Virus record (IMG/VR): IMGVR_UViG_3300044648_000086 | Span: 1 to 45,778 of that record | DNA length: 45,778 bases | Strand: one strand, 5' to 3' | Source: a virus | Taxonomy: Duplodnaviria; Caudoviricetes | In this document: positions 1 to 7,249 of the stretch, piece after piece | Numbering within the stretch: the stretch's first letter is position 1 | How the letters are laid out: each line of letters opens with the position of its first letter | Made by a program: the position numbers and the translations under genes | Notes under the pieces: model-generated | What the model was told of the DNA's origin: nothing | The model's database searches: none | Seen by the model: the letters and a program-made list of their open reading frames with translations, nothing else

Positions 1-127
1 TTCGGCTACTTCGCCCCGCGACGCAAGCCGCTTCGGCTCGCAAAGGAAGACCTGACCTGCCGCAGCTGCGGCGCCGACTGCTACTGGCAGGAAGTTGTCG
101 CCGGCGACGGGCAGATCAAGCCGCGCC
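1..127. repeat. Terminal direct overlap, copy 1 (circular assembly overlap)
   Basis: 1-127 is identical to 45652-45778, and an ORF reads in frame across the join. Confidence 0.95.
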
Positions 128-195
128 TGTTCGAGAACGGCAAGCCGCACGTCTGCAAGCCCAGCGCCGATGACTTCGACGTGGTGACCCCATGA
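1..195 (+). CDS. 3' part of an 84-aa Zn-finger-like protein that wraps the genome end (starts at GTG 45592)
   Basis: Reads MGQHADDAL...TCRSCGADCYW...PHVCKPSADDFDVVTP*. Its TGA (193-195) overlaps the ATG at 192 (ATGA coupling). It is missing from the ORF track because of the cut point. Confidence 0.75.
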   Translation, partial: FGYFAPRRKPLRLAKEDLTCRSCGADCYWQEVVAGDGQIKPRLFENGKPHVCKPSADDFDVVTP

Positions 196-398
196 CCCTG
201 ATCCCCAAAGCCTTCCGCCGCGTGTCCGTCGAGACCGTGCTGGCCGACCAGCTGTTCGAAGCCGATCGCCTGTACGCCGAGCACATGGCCAGCGCCGAAC
301 ACCACGCCGCGCTGGCGGGCATGTACCGCGGCCGTGCCGAGCGCATCCGCAAGCAGCAGGCCCAGCTCGCGCCGCTCGAACTGAGGGCTGTGAAGTGA
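192..398 (+). CDS. Hypothetical phage protein
   Basis: Overlaps the neighbouring genes at both ends (ATGA/GTGA). Confidence 0.65.
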   Translation: MTLIPKAFRRVSVETVLADQLFEADRLYAEHMASAEHHAALAGMYRGRAERIRKQQAQLAPLELRAVK

Positions 399-625
399 CC
401 TATGTGATCGAACGAGCTGCGGCGCCCGCACCCCTACCCCTGGGCGGCGCAGTCAAGAGCGAGGAGCGTCTGGCCATGGAGCAGTTGAACGTTGGCGACG
501 CCTTCATGGTCACCAACGCCGCACGCCTGGGCACCACCCGCCGTGCCCGGTACGCGCTGGCTCCGAAGATGTTCACCGTGCGCAAGGTCACCGGCAAGGG
601 CTGGCAGGTGCGGAGAACTGCGTGA
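395..625 (+). CDS. Small phage protein, possibly DNA-binding
   Basis: The LNVGDAF...FTVRK...WQVRR pattern is typical of small phage proteins; coupled to neighbours. Confidence 0.65.
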   Translation: MTYVIERAAAPAPLPLGGAVKSEERLAMEQLNVGDAFMVTNAARLGTTRRARYALAPKMFTVRKVTGKGWQVRRTA

Positions 626-903
626 TGCCGAACCCGAACCGCTACCGCTGCCCGGAGTGCCGCACGCGGCGCACCGACCCGCGCAAGATGATCCTGCACG
701 TCATGGAGTGCATGCGGCCGCTGTGTTTCTGCGGCAGCTACACCTACCCGCACCGCCCCGAGTCGGGCATGTGTGCCAACAACCCCGACGCCCAAGTGAA
801 GCTGGCCAGCCGCGCCGGCACGCCCGACGAGGATCTGGACGACGTGTACTTCAGCGTCGTCACCAGCATGCCCGGCAAGCTGTCGAAGGTCTGCCCGTTC
901 TGA
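625..903 (+). CDS. Cys/His-rich putative Zn-binding protein
   Basis: CPEC...H...C and CxC-GSYTYPHRxxSxxC motifs. Confidence 0.65.
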   Translation: MPNPNRYRCPECRTRRTDPRKMILHVMECMRPLCFCGSYTYPHRPESGMCANNPDAQVKLASRAGTPDEDLDDVYFSVVTSMPGKLSKVCPF

Positions 904-905
904 TC

Positions 906-1199
906 ATGAAGACACGCAAGATCAGCGAATCCGACGTCGAGGACTACCTGCACGACCGCGTGAAGGCCCTCGGCGGCGACTACCGGCGCGTGAACTGGAT
1001 GGGCCGCAAAAATGCGCCCGACGATCGGGTGATGCTGCCAGGCCAATGCTTCTGGGCTGAATGCAAAGCCCCGGACGCCAGCATGAACACGGCCCGCGTG
1101 CGCGCCCAGCTGCGCGAGCACAAGCGCATGCGCGACCTGGGCGAGACCGTGCACCTGTTCGACAGCTTCGCTTCGATCGACAAGGTGCTGCCGCTATGA
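906..1199 (+). CDS. VRR-NUC domain nuclease
   Basis: ESDVE...APD...ECKAP...QLREH (PD-(D/E)xK). Lies between the polymerase and SNF2 helicase genes. Start re-set to ATG 906. Confidence 0.85.
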   Translation: MKTRKISESDVEDYLHDRVKALGGDYRRVNWMGRKNAPDDRVMLPGQCFWAECKAPDASMNTARVRAQLREHKRMRDLGETVHLFDSFASIDKVLPL

Positions 1200-1690
1200 A
1201 CCAGATGCAGCAACTACTGCTGGACGCGGCCGCCGCGCACCCAGAGCGCGCAGAGTACGACCGGGCTATCGCGCGGGGGCTAGAGCCAGCGCGTGCGGCC
1301 CGCTTACTCTCGCCGCAAGGTGAGCTCACGTTGAAACATGGCGCGTCGACGTGGTACGTCCGGAACGACCCGCAGCGATTGGAAGCCCATGCGGAAGCCG
1401 TTGCAAAGTGCCCGGGCTTCACCGGAAGGAAGACGCCGCGTCCGCGGGTGAGCAAAGGGAGCGGCGTGCTGTATCAGCACGTCGATGGCTTCCGGCTTTT
1501 CATCCCCGACGGGATGATTTTCGGCAAGGAATCGGAACTGCTGATCGGCACGCGCAAGTTCACCTTGCATCACAAGCACCGCACGATCACCGGCAGCGTG
1601 CCCGAGAGCTGGCTGGTTGACCTGAACGCCGGCCCCATTGGGGAAGAGCGCGACGAGGAAGAGCTCGTGCCGGGGTGGGACCTGATATGA
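1196..1690 (+). CDS. Hypothetical protein
   Basis: ATGA-coupled at both ends; starts MNQMQQLL. Confidence 0.65.
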   Translation: MNQMQQLLLDAAAAHPERAEYDRAIARGLEPARAARLLSPQGELTLKHGASTWYVRNDPQRLEAHAEAVAKCPGFTGRKTPRPRVSKGSGVLYQHVDGFRLFIPDGMIFGKESELLIGTRKFTLHHKHRTITGSVPESWLVDLNAGPIGEERDEEELVPGWDLI

Positions 1691-3072
1691 GGGACCTCAT
1701 TCCACGCCCCTACCAGGTCATCGCGCGCGACCACCTGCTAGACGTGCCGCGGTGCGCGCTCTACGCTGGCATGGGCATGGGCAAGACCCTGAGCACCCTC
1801 ATGGCGATCGACGCGCTGGGCCTGACCAGCAGCCACCCGACGCTGGTGCTGGCGCCGCTGCGCGTGGCGCGCGACACCTGGCCGGCAGAGGCCGGCAAGT
1901 GGCGCCAGTTCTCGCACCTTGAAATGAGCCCCATCGTCGGCACGCCGGCCGAGCGCCGCCGCGCGATGCAGCGCGACGTGCCGATCTACACCAGCAACTA
2001 CGAGCAGCTGCCCATGCTGGTCGAGGAATACGGCGACCGGTGGCCGTTCCGCCAGATCGTGGCCGACGAGGCGACGCGGCTGAAGTCCTTCCGCCTCCGG
2101 CAAGGCGGCCAGCGCGCCGCCGCTCTCGGCCGCGTCGCCCACAAGCACGTCGACCGGTTCATCGAGCTCACCGGCACGCCCAGCCCGAACGGTCTGGAGG
2201 ATCTGTGGGGCCAGGCGTGGATGCTCGACCAAGGTCAGCGCCTGGGCCGTACCTTCAGTGCCTTCCAGCAGCGGTGGTTCAGCCCCACGCCGGGCGGCCA
2301 GGGCTACACCAGCTGGAAAGCCAAGCCCGAAGCGCAGGCCGAGATCCAGCACCTGCTGCGCGACTTGTGTCTGACGCTCGACCCCAAGGACTGGTTCGAC
2401 CTGAAGGACCCGATCGTCAACACGATCCGCGTGCCGCTTCCGGCCAAGGCCCGCCGCGTGTATCGCGACATGGAGCGCGAAATGTTCGCGTCGCTAGGCG
2501 ACGGTCAGGACATCGAGGCGTTCGGCGCCGCGGCGCGCACGCTCAAGTGCCTGCAGCTGGCCAACGGCGCCGCCTACGTGGGCGACGACAACAAGGAATT
2601 CGTCGAGCTGCACGACGCGAAGCTGCAGGCCCTCGACAGCATCGTCGAGGAAGCGGCCGGCGCGCCGGTGCTGGTGGCGTACCACTTCCGCAGCGACCGC
2701 GCGCGCATCCTCGCCGCCTTTCGCAACGCCGTGGACGTGGCCACGCCCGACGGCATGGCGGCGTTCAAGGCCGGCAAGACGCGCATCGGCATCGGCCACC
2801 CGGCCAGCATGGGCCACGGCGTCGACGGCCTGCAGGACGTGTGCAACACCGCCGCGTTCTTCGGCCACTGGTGGTCGATGGAAGAGCGCATGCAGTTCAT
2901 CGAGCGGATCGGCCCCGTGCGCCAGGCGCAGTCCGGCTTCGACCGCCCGGTGTTCATCCACAACATCGTCGCGGAGGACACGGTCGACGACCTGGTGCTC
3001 GCGCGGCACGACAGCAAGCGCAGCGTCCAGGACCTGCTGCTTGAGAGCATGAAACGAAAGGGACTCACGTGA
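1687..3072 (+). CDS. SNF2-family DEAD/DEAH helicase
   Basis: PRPYQ, GMGMGKT (Walker A), VADEAT, LTGTP, GHGVDGLQ, QFIERI. Confidence 0.93.
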   Translation: MRDLIPRPYQVIARDHLLDVPRCALYAGMGMGKTLSTLMAIDALGLTSSHPTLVLAPLRVARDTWPAEAGKWRQFSHLEMSPIVGTPAERRRAMQRDVPIYTSNYEQLPMLVEEYGDRWPFRQIVADEATRLKSFRLRQGGQRAAALGRVAHKHVDRFIELTGTPSPNGLEDLWGQAWMLDQGQRLGRTFSAFQQRWFSPTPGGQGYTSWKAKPEAQAEIQHLLRDLCLTLDPKDWFDLKDPIVNTIRVPLPAKARRVYRDMEREMFASLGDGQDIEAFGAAARTLKCLQLANGAAYVGDDNKEFVELHDAKLQALDSIVEEAAGAPVLVAYHFRSDRARILAAFRNAVDVATPDGMAAFKAGKTRIGIGHPASMGHGVDGLQDVCNTAAFFGHWWSMEERMQFIERIGPVRQAQSGFDRPVFIHNIVAEDTVDDLVLARHDSKRSVQDLLLESMKRKGLT

Positions 3073-3362
3073 TGACTTCGATCGTGGTCAACAGCGCCGC
3101 CAAAAAGCTGACCGAGATGTGCACCTGCCACGACGGCGTGGCGCCGATGCGCAATCCTGCGTGCTCGGTGCACGGCGACCGCACGCTGCCCATCCCGCCG
3201 CGCGACGTCATCGAGCAGCAGGCCCGCGATGCGGCCGCCGCTGGCCAGACGCTGAACGACGCCTGCCCGTACCCGTTCACCAGCCCCGCCGGCATGCACT
3301 TCGCCGCGGTGTACGCGCTGTCGCTGAACCACCCACCGATGCGCACGGAGCCGCGGGCATGA
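3072..3362 (+). CDS. Hypothetical protein with ACPYP motif
   Basis: Coupled between the helicase and xis; small Cys-containing protein. Confidence 0.6.
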   Translation: MTSIVVNSAAKKLTEMCTCHDGVAPMRNPACSVHGDRTLPIPPRDVIEQQARDAAAAGQTLNDACPYPFTSPAGMHFAAVYALSLNHPPMRTEPRA

Positions 3363-3574
3363 CCAGCGAGGAATTCCTGAACGCCGCCGACCTGCAGGCC
3401 CTCACCGGCTTCGCGCGCGCTGCCGAGCAGACGGCGTGGCTGACAGAGCACAGCGTGCCGCACCGACGCGACGGCAAGCGGGTGATCGTTTCCCGGTTCC
3501 ACGCGCGCGAATGGCTCGCCGGCCGCAACGTGGTGCCGTCCACCGCGCCGAACTTGGAAGCGCTCGGTGCCTAA
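3359..3574 (+). CDS. xis: Putative excisionase (DUF4224-like)
   Basis: FLNAADLQALTG...QTAWL...PNLEAL pattern, immediately upstream of the integrase. Confidence 0.75.
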   Translation: MTSEEFLNAADLQALTGFARAAEQTAWLTEHSVPHRRDGKRVIVSRFHAREWLAGRNVVPSTAPNLEALGA

Positions 3575-4598
3575 AGTCACGCAGTACCCCCGCCTGCGCA
3601 CCCATGTCCGCAAGGGCAAGGCCGGGCGCGTGTACGTCTACTACGTGTACGACATGCGGCCGGAGGGCAAGCCCGACGTCGCGCTGGGCAAGGACCGCGA
3701 CGAGGCGATCGCCAAGTGGGAAGAGCTGCACCTGAAGCGCCCCCGCGTGAAGGGCCGCCTCGAAGAGGCGTTCCTGCGGTGGGAGGAAGAGCGGCTGCCG
3801 GAATACACCAACGAGGGCACGCGCCGCACCTACGCCCAGAGCCTGCGCTGGCTGCGCAAGGTGTTCGCCACGGCCACCTGGGACGCCACGAAGCTGCCGC
3901 ACCTGGTCGCCTACCTGCGCGCGCGCAAGGGCAAGGTGCAGGCCAATCGCGAGATCGCGCTGCTGTCGATCATCTGGAACCAGGCCCGCCTGTGGGGCAT
4001 GACCGCCCTGCCCTTCCCCGCCCACGGCATGGAGCGCAGCCGGTGGAAAAACCCCGAGCAGGCCCGCGAGTTCGAGGTGACCGACCAGCTGTTCGGCGCC
4101 GTGTACGACGAGGCCTCGACACTGTTGCGCGACGTCATGGACCTGTCGTCGGCCACCGGCATGCGCCTTACCGATTGCATCAAAGTCGTGTTGCCGGCCA
4201 ACGACATCCTGCGACTGAAGGCCAGCAAGACCGGCAAGAAAGCGGATTTCGACCTGTCGCTGTCGACGGTGCTGCCCGCACTGGTCGAGCGCCGCCGCGG
4301 CTACGATGCGAACCACCTGATGCTGATCTCCACGCCCGACGGCTTCCCGGTGCACCTGAAGGATCTGCGCCGCGAGTGGGACAAGGCGCGCGCCAAGGCC
4401 GCGGCGAAAGCCCGCGCCGACGGCGACGACCAGCTGGCCGGGCAGATCGAAGCGATGTTCCTGCGCGACATGCGCAAGATGGCTAGCGACCGGGCCGAGG
4501 ACGCCGAGGCGGCCAGCAAGCTGCTGCAGCACTCGTCGGTGGCGTTGACGCGAAAGCATTACCGCAGCAAGGCGGACAACCTGAAACCTGTGAGGTGA
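3567..4598 (+). CDS. int: Tyrosine integrase
   Basis: TGMR, KASKT, FLRDMR, LLQH, KHY catalytic motifs; N-terminal arm-binding beta-domain; adjacent to a tRNA-derived attP. Confidence 0.93.
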   Translation: MPKVTQYPRLRTHVRKGKAGRVYVYYVYDMRPEGKPDVALGKDRDEAIAKWEELHLKRPRVKGRLEEAFLRWEEERLPEYTNEGTRRTYAQSLRWLRKVFATATWDATKLPHLVAYLRARKGKVQANREIALLSIIWNQARLWGMTALPFPAHGMERSRWKNPEQAREFEVTDQLFGAVYDEASTLLRDVMDLSSATGMRLTDCIKVVLPANDILRLKASKTGKKADFDLSLSTVLPALVERRRGYDANHLMLISTPDGFPVHLKDLRREWDKARAKAAAKARADGDDQLAGQIEAMFLRDMRKMASDRAEDAEAASKLLQHSSVALTRKHYRSKADNLKPVR

Positions 4599-4831
4599 TG
4601 ACGATGAAATCCGACCTACTCTCTGCAACTCTGCAGCAGATCCAGGACACGCTGCGCGATACAAACCGGCCACCGAAGGAATTGCGAATGCACCCGGATG
4701 ATGTGCGCGAGCTGGAGCTGCAATGCAGCAAGTACGGTGGCTTGGCCCGCACCGAGAACATCGACGTCCGGCGCTTCGAAGGCATCGACGTCATCATGGA
4801 CCCGAGCGTGCCGCGGTTGCCGCGCAAGTAG
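4598..4831 (+). CDS. Hypothetical protein between int and attP
   Basis: Start overlaps the int stop codon; followed by a terminator. Confidence 0.55.
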   Translation: MTMKSDLLSATLQQIQDTLRDTNRPPKELRMHPDDVRELELQCSKYGGLARTENIDVRRFEGIDVIMDPSVPRLPRK

Positions 4832-4848
4832 CCCGAAACCGTTTCCGC

Positions 4849-4875
4849 AAAAGGCCCCTCCAGAGGGGCTTTTTC
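4849..4875 (+). terminator. Rho-independent terminator, possibly bidirectional
   Basis: AAAAGGCCCCT-CCAG-AGGGGCTTTTT. Confidence 0.75.
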
Positions 4876-4941
4876 TTGGTTAACACCGTGGTGGATGCGG
4901 AAAGAATCAGGCCGCAACCCGCGCCAATCCTAGAAGTGGCT

Positions 4942-5001
4942 GCGGACTCAAAATCTGCCGGTGGCAACACCGTGCCGGTTCGATTCCGGCCTCCGGCACC
5001 A
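4942..5001 (+). mobile_element. attP core = 3' part of tRNA-Leu(CAA)
   Basis: Anticodon arm GCGGA-CTCAAAA-TCTGC, long variable arm, T-arm GCCGG-TTCGATT-CCGGC, 3' end CTCCGGCACCA. No 5' acceptor strand or D-arm upstream. Confidence 0.88.
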
Positions 5002-5072
5002 ACAGTTTCTAGCTCTCGAAAAGATAGCGTTTTTCCGCATCCCTTTCCGCACCGTTTTCCGCAACCCGATGT

Positions 5073-5456
5073 TTACCCAGCTGCCGCACACGCATGCTCG
5101 CGCCGCGATCCGGATGGTCGATGCGGGCTGGCGCCCAGGCGATGTGCCGGGCTTGGTGCTACCGCCCTTTCCGCACCAGCCGTCGGCCAGCCAATGGGTG
5201 TCCGACTGGACCTGGCAGGCCATGTGCCTGCGCGAGCTGCAGTCGCGTGAGCACCCTCGCACGGCCTGATGGTGCCGCCGATCATGGTGGGGTCGCCCGA
5301 CTCGAGCGCGGCGTACACCACGTCCCAGGCTTGTGTATGCGCGTGCCGGCCGGGCAAGGCCACCATGACGCTGCTGGCGAACTCAGGCACCTCCGGAACC
5401 CGCTTGAAGACGAAGGCCGTGTACAGGCGGGCTTGTGTGTTGTTGACTGCTGACAT
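5073..5456 (-). CDS. Hypothetical protein (MSAVNNTQARLYTAFVF...)
   Basis: ATG 5456 follows a structured leader. It overlaps a competing + strand ORF (5069-5269), so only one may be real. Confidence 0.35.
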   Translation of the reverse strand: MSAVNNTQARLYTAFVFKRVPEVPEFASSVMVALPGRHAHTQAWDVVYAALESGDPTMIGGTIRPCEGAHATAARAGTWPARSSRTPIGWPTAGAERAVAPSPAHRLGASPHRPSGSRREHACAAAG

Positions 5457-5505
5457 ATTGTTGTAGGCGTTTTGCCTTAATCCGTCCGATTGGGGTTTTA
5501 CGTCC

Positions 5506-5539
5506 GAAGCCCCGGCAGGGTCCAATCTGCCGGGGCTTC
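5506..5539. promoter_or_regulatory. Perfect 13-bp hairpin
   Basis: GAAGCCCCGGCAG-ggtccaat-CTGCCGGGGCTTC. Confidence 0.6.
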
Positions 5540-5676
5540 ACCTTTGCGCGGTGACACGCGCACAGCCATCGTAGTCGCCTACTGTTGAGCTGTCGGCTGG
5601 ATGTGTTTCGGATGGTCATCGCCGCGTAATACGACACGCGCGTAATGCTCGTCGCGCAGGCGACAGCTCCCTACGG

Positions 5677-6114
5677 TCAGGGCGCTTCGTAGTCCGGATC
5701 GGCTAGCGAGACAATCGGCTGAATGGGCTGTGGTGTGCCCGCCGCACGCCACGCGCCGGCGCCGCCGATGCGCACGCCCGCCCACATCATCCAGGCCTTG
5801 TGCCGTGGCACGCCCAGCACCAGCAGCGCCTCGTGCAGCACGTCGTCTGCGACGGCGCGCGTGGTCACGTGCGTGGTGTAGAGGCAGTCGTGGATCACCG
5901 CGGCAGCATGCCCCAGCCCGCCGGTCATCAGGTAGGCAACCGGCAGCCGCGGCACGCTGGCCAGGTCGGTCAGGAACCCCGCCGGCGCCGCGATCACGAT
6001 GCCGGCCAGGTCTGACTCGTACACCAGCGGGTCGATCAGCTGCCAGGTGCCGCGGCCGTCGCGGCTTAAGTCGTCGACGCGCTCGATGCGCAGCGGCGTG
6101 GCGAACCGGCTCAT
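5677..6114 (-). CDS. DUF1353-like phage protein
   Basis: PAGFLTDLASVPR...AAVIHDCLY...ADDVLHEAL...VRIGG. Confidence 0.85.
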   Translation of the reverse strand: MSRFATPLRIERVDDLSRDGRGTWQLIDPLVYESDLAGIVIAAPAGFLTDLASVPRLPVAYLMTGGLGHAAAVIHDCLYTTHVTTRAVADDVLHEALLVLGVPRHKAWMMWAGVRIGGAGAWRAAGTPQPIQPIVSLADPDYEAP

Positions 6115-6239
6115 GGCTTTCGCTCACCCAGCGGGACGTCGCTGCGGTAGCTGATGGCCGCGTCCATGTTGACGGACAGGCCGGCGCAGCCGGACAGGAG
6201 TGCGGCAACGGCGAGGGCGATCAGGGTGCGTTTCATCAT
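6111..6239 (-). CDS. Small lipoprotein in the lysis cassette
   Basis: MMKRTLIALAVAALLSGC lipobox; own RBS GAAAGGA; in frame with an upstream CCHC peptide starting at 6314. Confidence 0.7.
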   Translation of the reverse strand: MMKRTLIALAVAALLSGCAGLSVNMDAAISYRSDVPLGERKP

Positions 6240-6310
6240 GGTCCTTTCACAGCGAATCGGCCAGGGGCAGCTCGACGTCTTGTGATCGTCGGCGCCGCAG
6301 CGGGTGCAGG

Positions 6311-6877
6311 TCATGCTGAATGCCGCGAAAAGGCGGCCGCCAGCTTGGTGTCGTACCGGTTGGCCTTGAAGCCGGGGCCGTTGTACTTGCGCGCGAAGTC
6401 GGCCCAGCGCCGATCGCGCAGCTCGTCGTCCAGCTTCTCGTGCAGCACGAAGTTGACGAAGGCCTGCAGCTGGGCGCCCTCGCTCTCGTACATCGCATTC
6501 ACGAAGGCCTGCACGCGCAGGAAGCCGGCCGCCTTGTGGTTGAAGCCCATGATCTGGAACTTGCCCCACGACGCGGACTTCAGCGCGGCCTCGCGGTCGA
6601 GCGCGATGGCTTCGGCCAGCCGTTCTTTCTCACGTCGCCAGTCGCCGTAGTGCTCGCGCGTCCAGCTCTCGTAGGAGATCTCGGGGTGCGTTTCGGAGAA
6701 CCGGCCATCGGTGAAGGCGTGGAACTTGTGCCCCTCGAACAGCGTGGTCGGCGTGCCGTCGGGGAAGAATCCGCCTTTCGGCGCCTCGACTTCGCACACG
6801 GCTTTCACCGCGGCGACATCGCACCGCAGCCGGTTGGCCGCGGCGAGATAGTCCTGGTGCACAAGTCCCTGGTTCAT
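6311..6877 (-). CDS. Endolysin, N-acetylmuramidase (DUF3380-like)
   Basis: AVCEVE...LFEGHKF...SASWGKFQIMGFN...FARKYNGP...YDTKL. Confidence 0.92.
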   Translation of the reverse strand: MNQGLVHQDYLAAANRLRCDVAAVKAVCEVEAPKGGFFPDGTPTTLFEGHKFHAFTDGRFSETHPEISYESWTREHYGDWRREKERLAEAIALDREAALKSASWGKFQIMGFNHKAAGFLRVQAFVNAMYESEGAQLQAFVNFVLHEKLDDELRDRRWADFARKYNGPGFKANRYDTKLAAAFSRHSA

Positions 6878-7188
6878 TTCGCGCCCACCTTGTCGGACAC
6901 CTTTTCGACGGAGCGCCGCAGGTCGATCAGCGCGTCGCGCACCTCGCCGAACTTGTCGCGGTTGGCCGCGTCCTGCGCCTGGTCGCGGTCACGCTGGGCC
7001 TGCCGCGCCTCTTCGAGGACGACCACGCGCTTGTCCATGAGCGACCAGGACACCATGACGGCGCCGATCATCGACGCCATGGTCAGGATGTGGCCCAAGT
7101 TGATCGTCTTGTCGAAGACGATGCCGCGTGGGTCGGCATCGTCTGCTCGGCGGGGCGCCTTGCGGCGGTCGTTGTCTTCGGGGGTCAT
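6874..7188 (-). CDS. Putative holin (1 TM segment + coiled coil)
   Basis: Hydrophobic segment INLGHILTMASMIGAVMVSW; directly upstream of the endolysin; RBS GAAAGGAA. Confidence 0.6.
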   Translation of the reverse strand: MTPEDNDRRKAPRRADDADPRGIVFDKTINLGHILTMASMIGAVMVSWSLMDKRVVVLEEARQAQRDRDQAQDAANRDKFGEVRDALIDLRRSVEKVSDKVGAK

Positions 7189-7249
7189 GGGCGCGGTTCC
7201 TTTCAGTCGCGACAAGGTTGGAAAGGCCGCGATGAAGAGGCCACGGAGA

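Larger units (their letters stand above)
4842..5175. repeat. TTTCCGCA repeats, probable integrase arm-type sites
   Basis: Copies at 4842, 4896 (inverted), 5032, 5044, 5056 (12-bp period) and 5168, on both sides of the att core. Confidence 0.7.

Noticed and set aside
4455-4480. Integrase inactivated because HxxR reads RDMR
   Set aside because: Substitution at this His is tolerated in many tyrosine recombinases, and the other catalytic residues are present.
4915-5001. Functional tRNA-Leu gene
   Set aside because: The 5' acceptor strand (GCCGGAG) and D-arm are absent; it fits an attP core.
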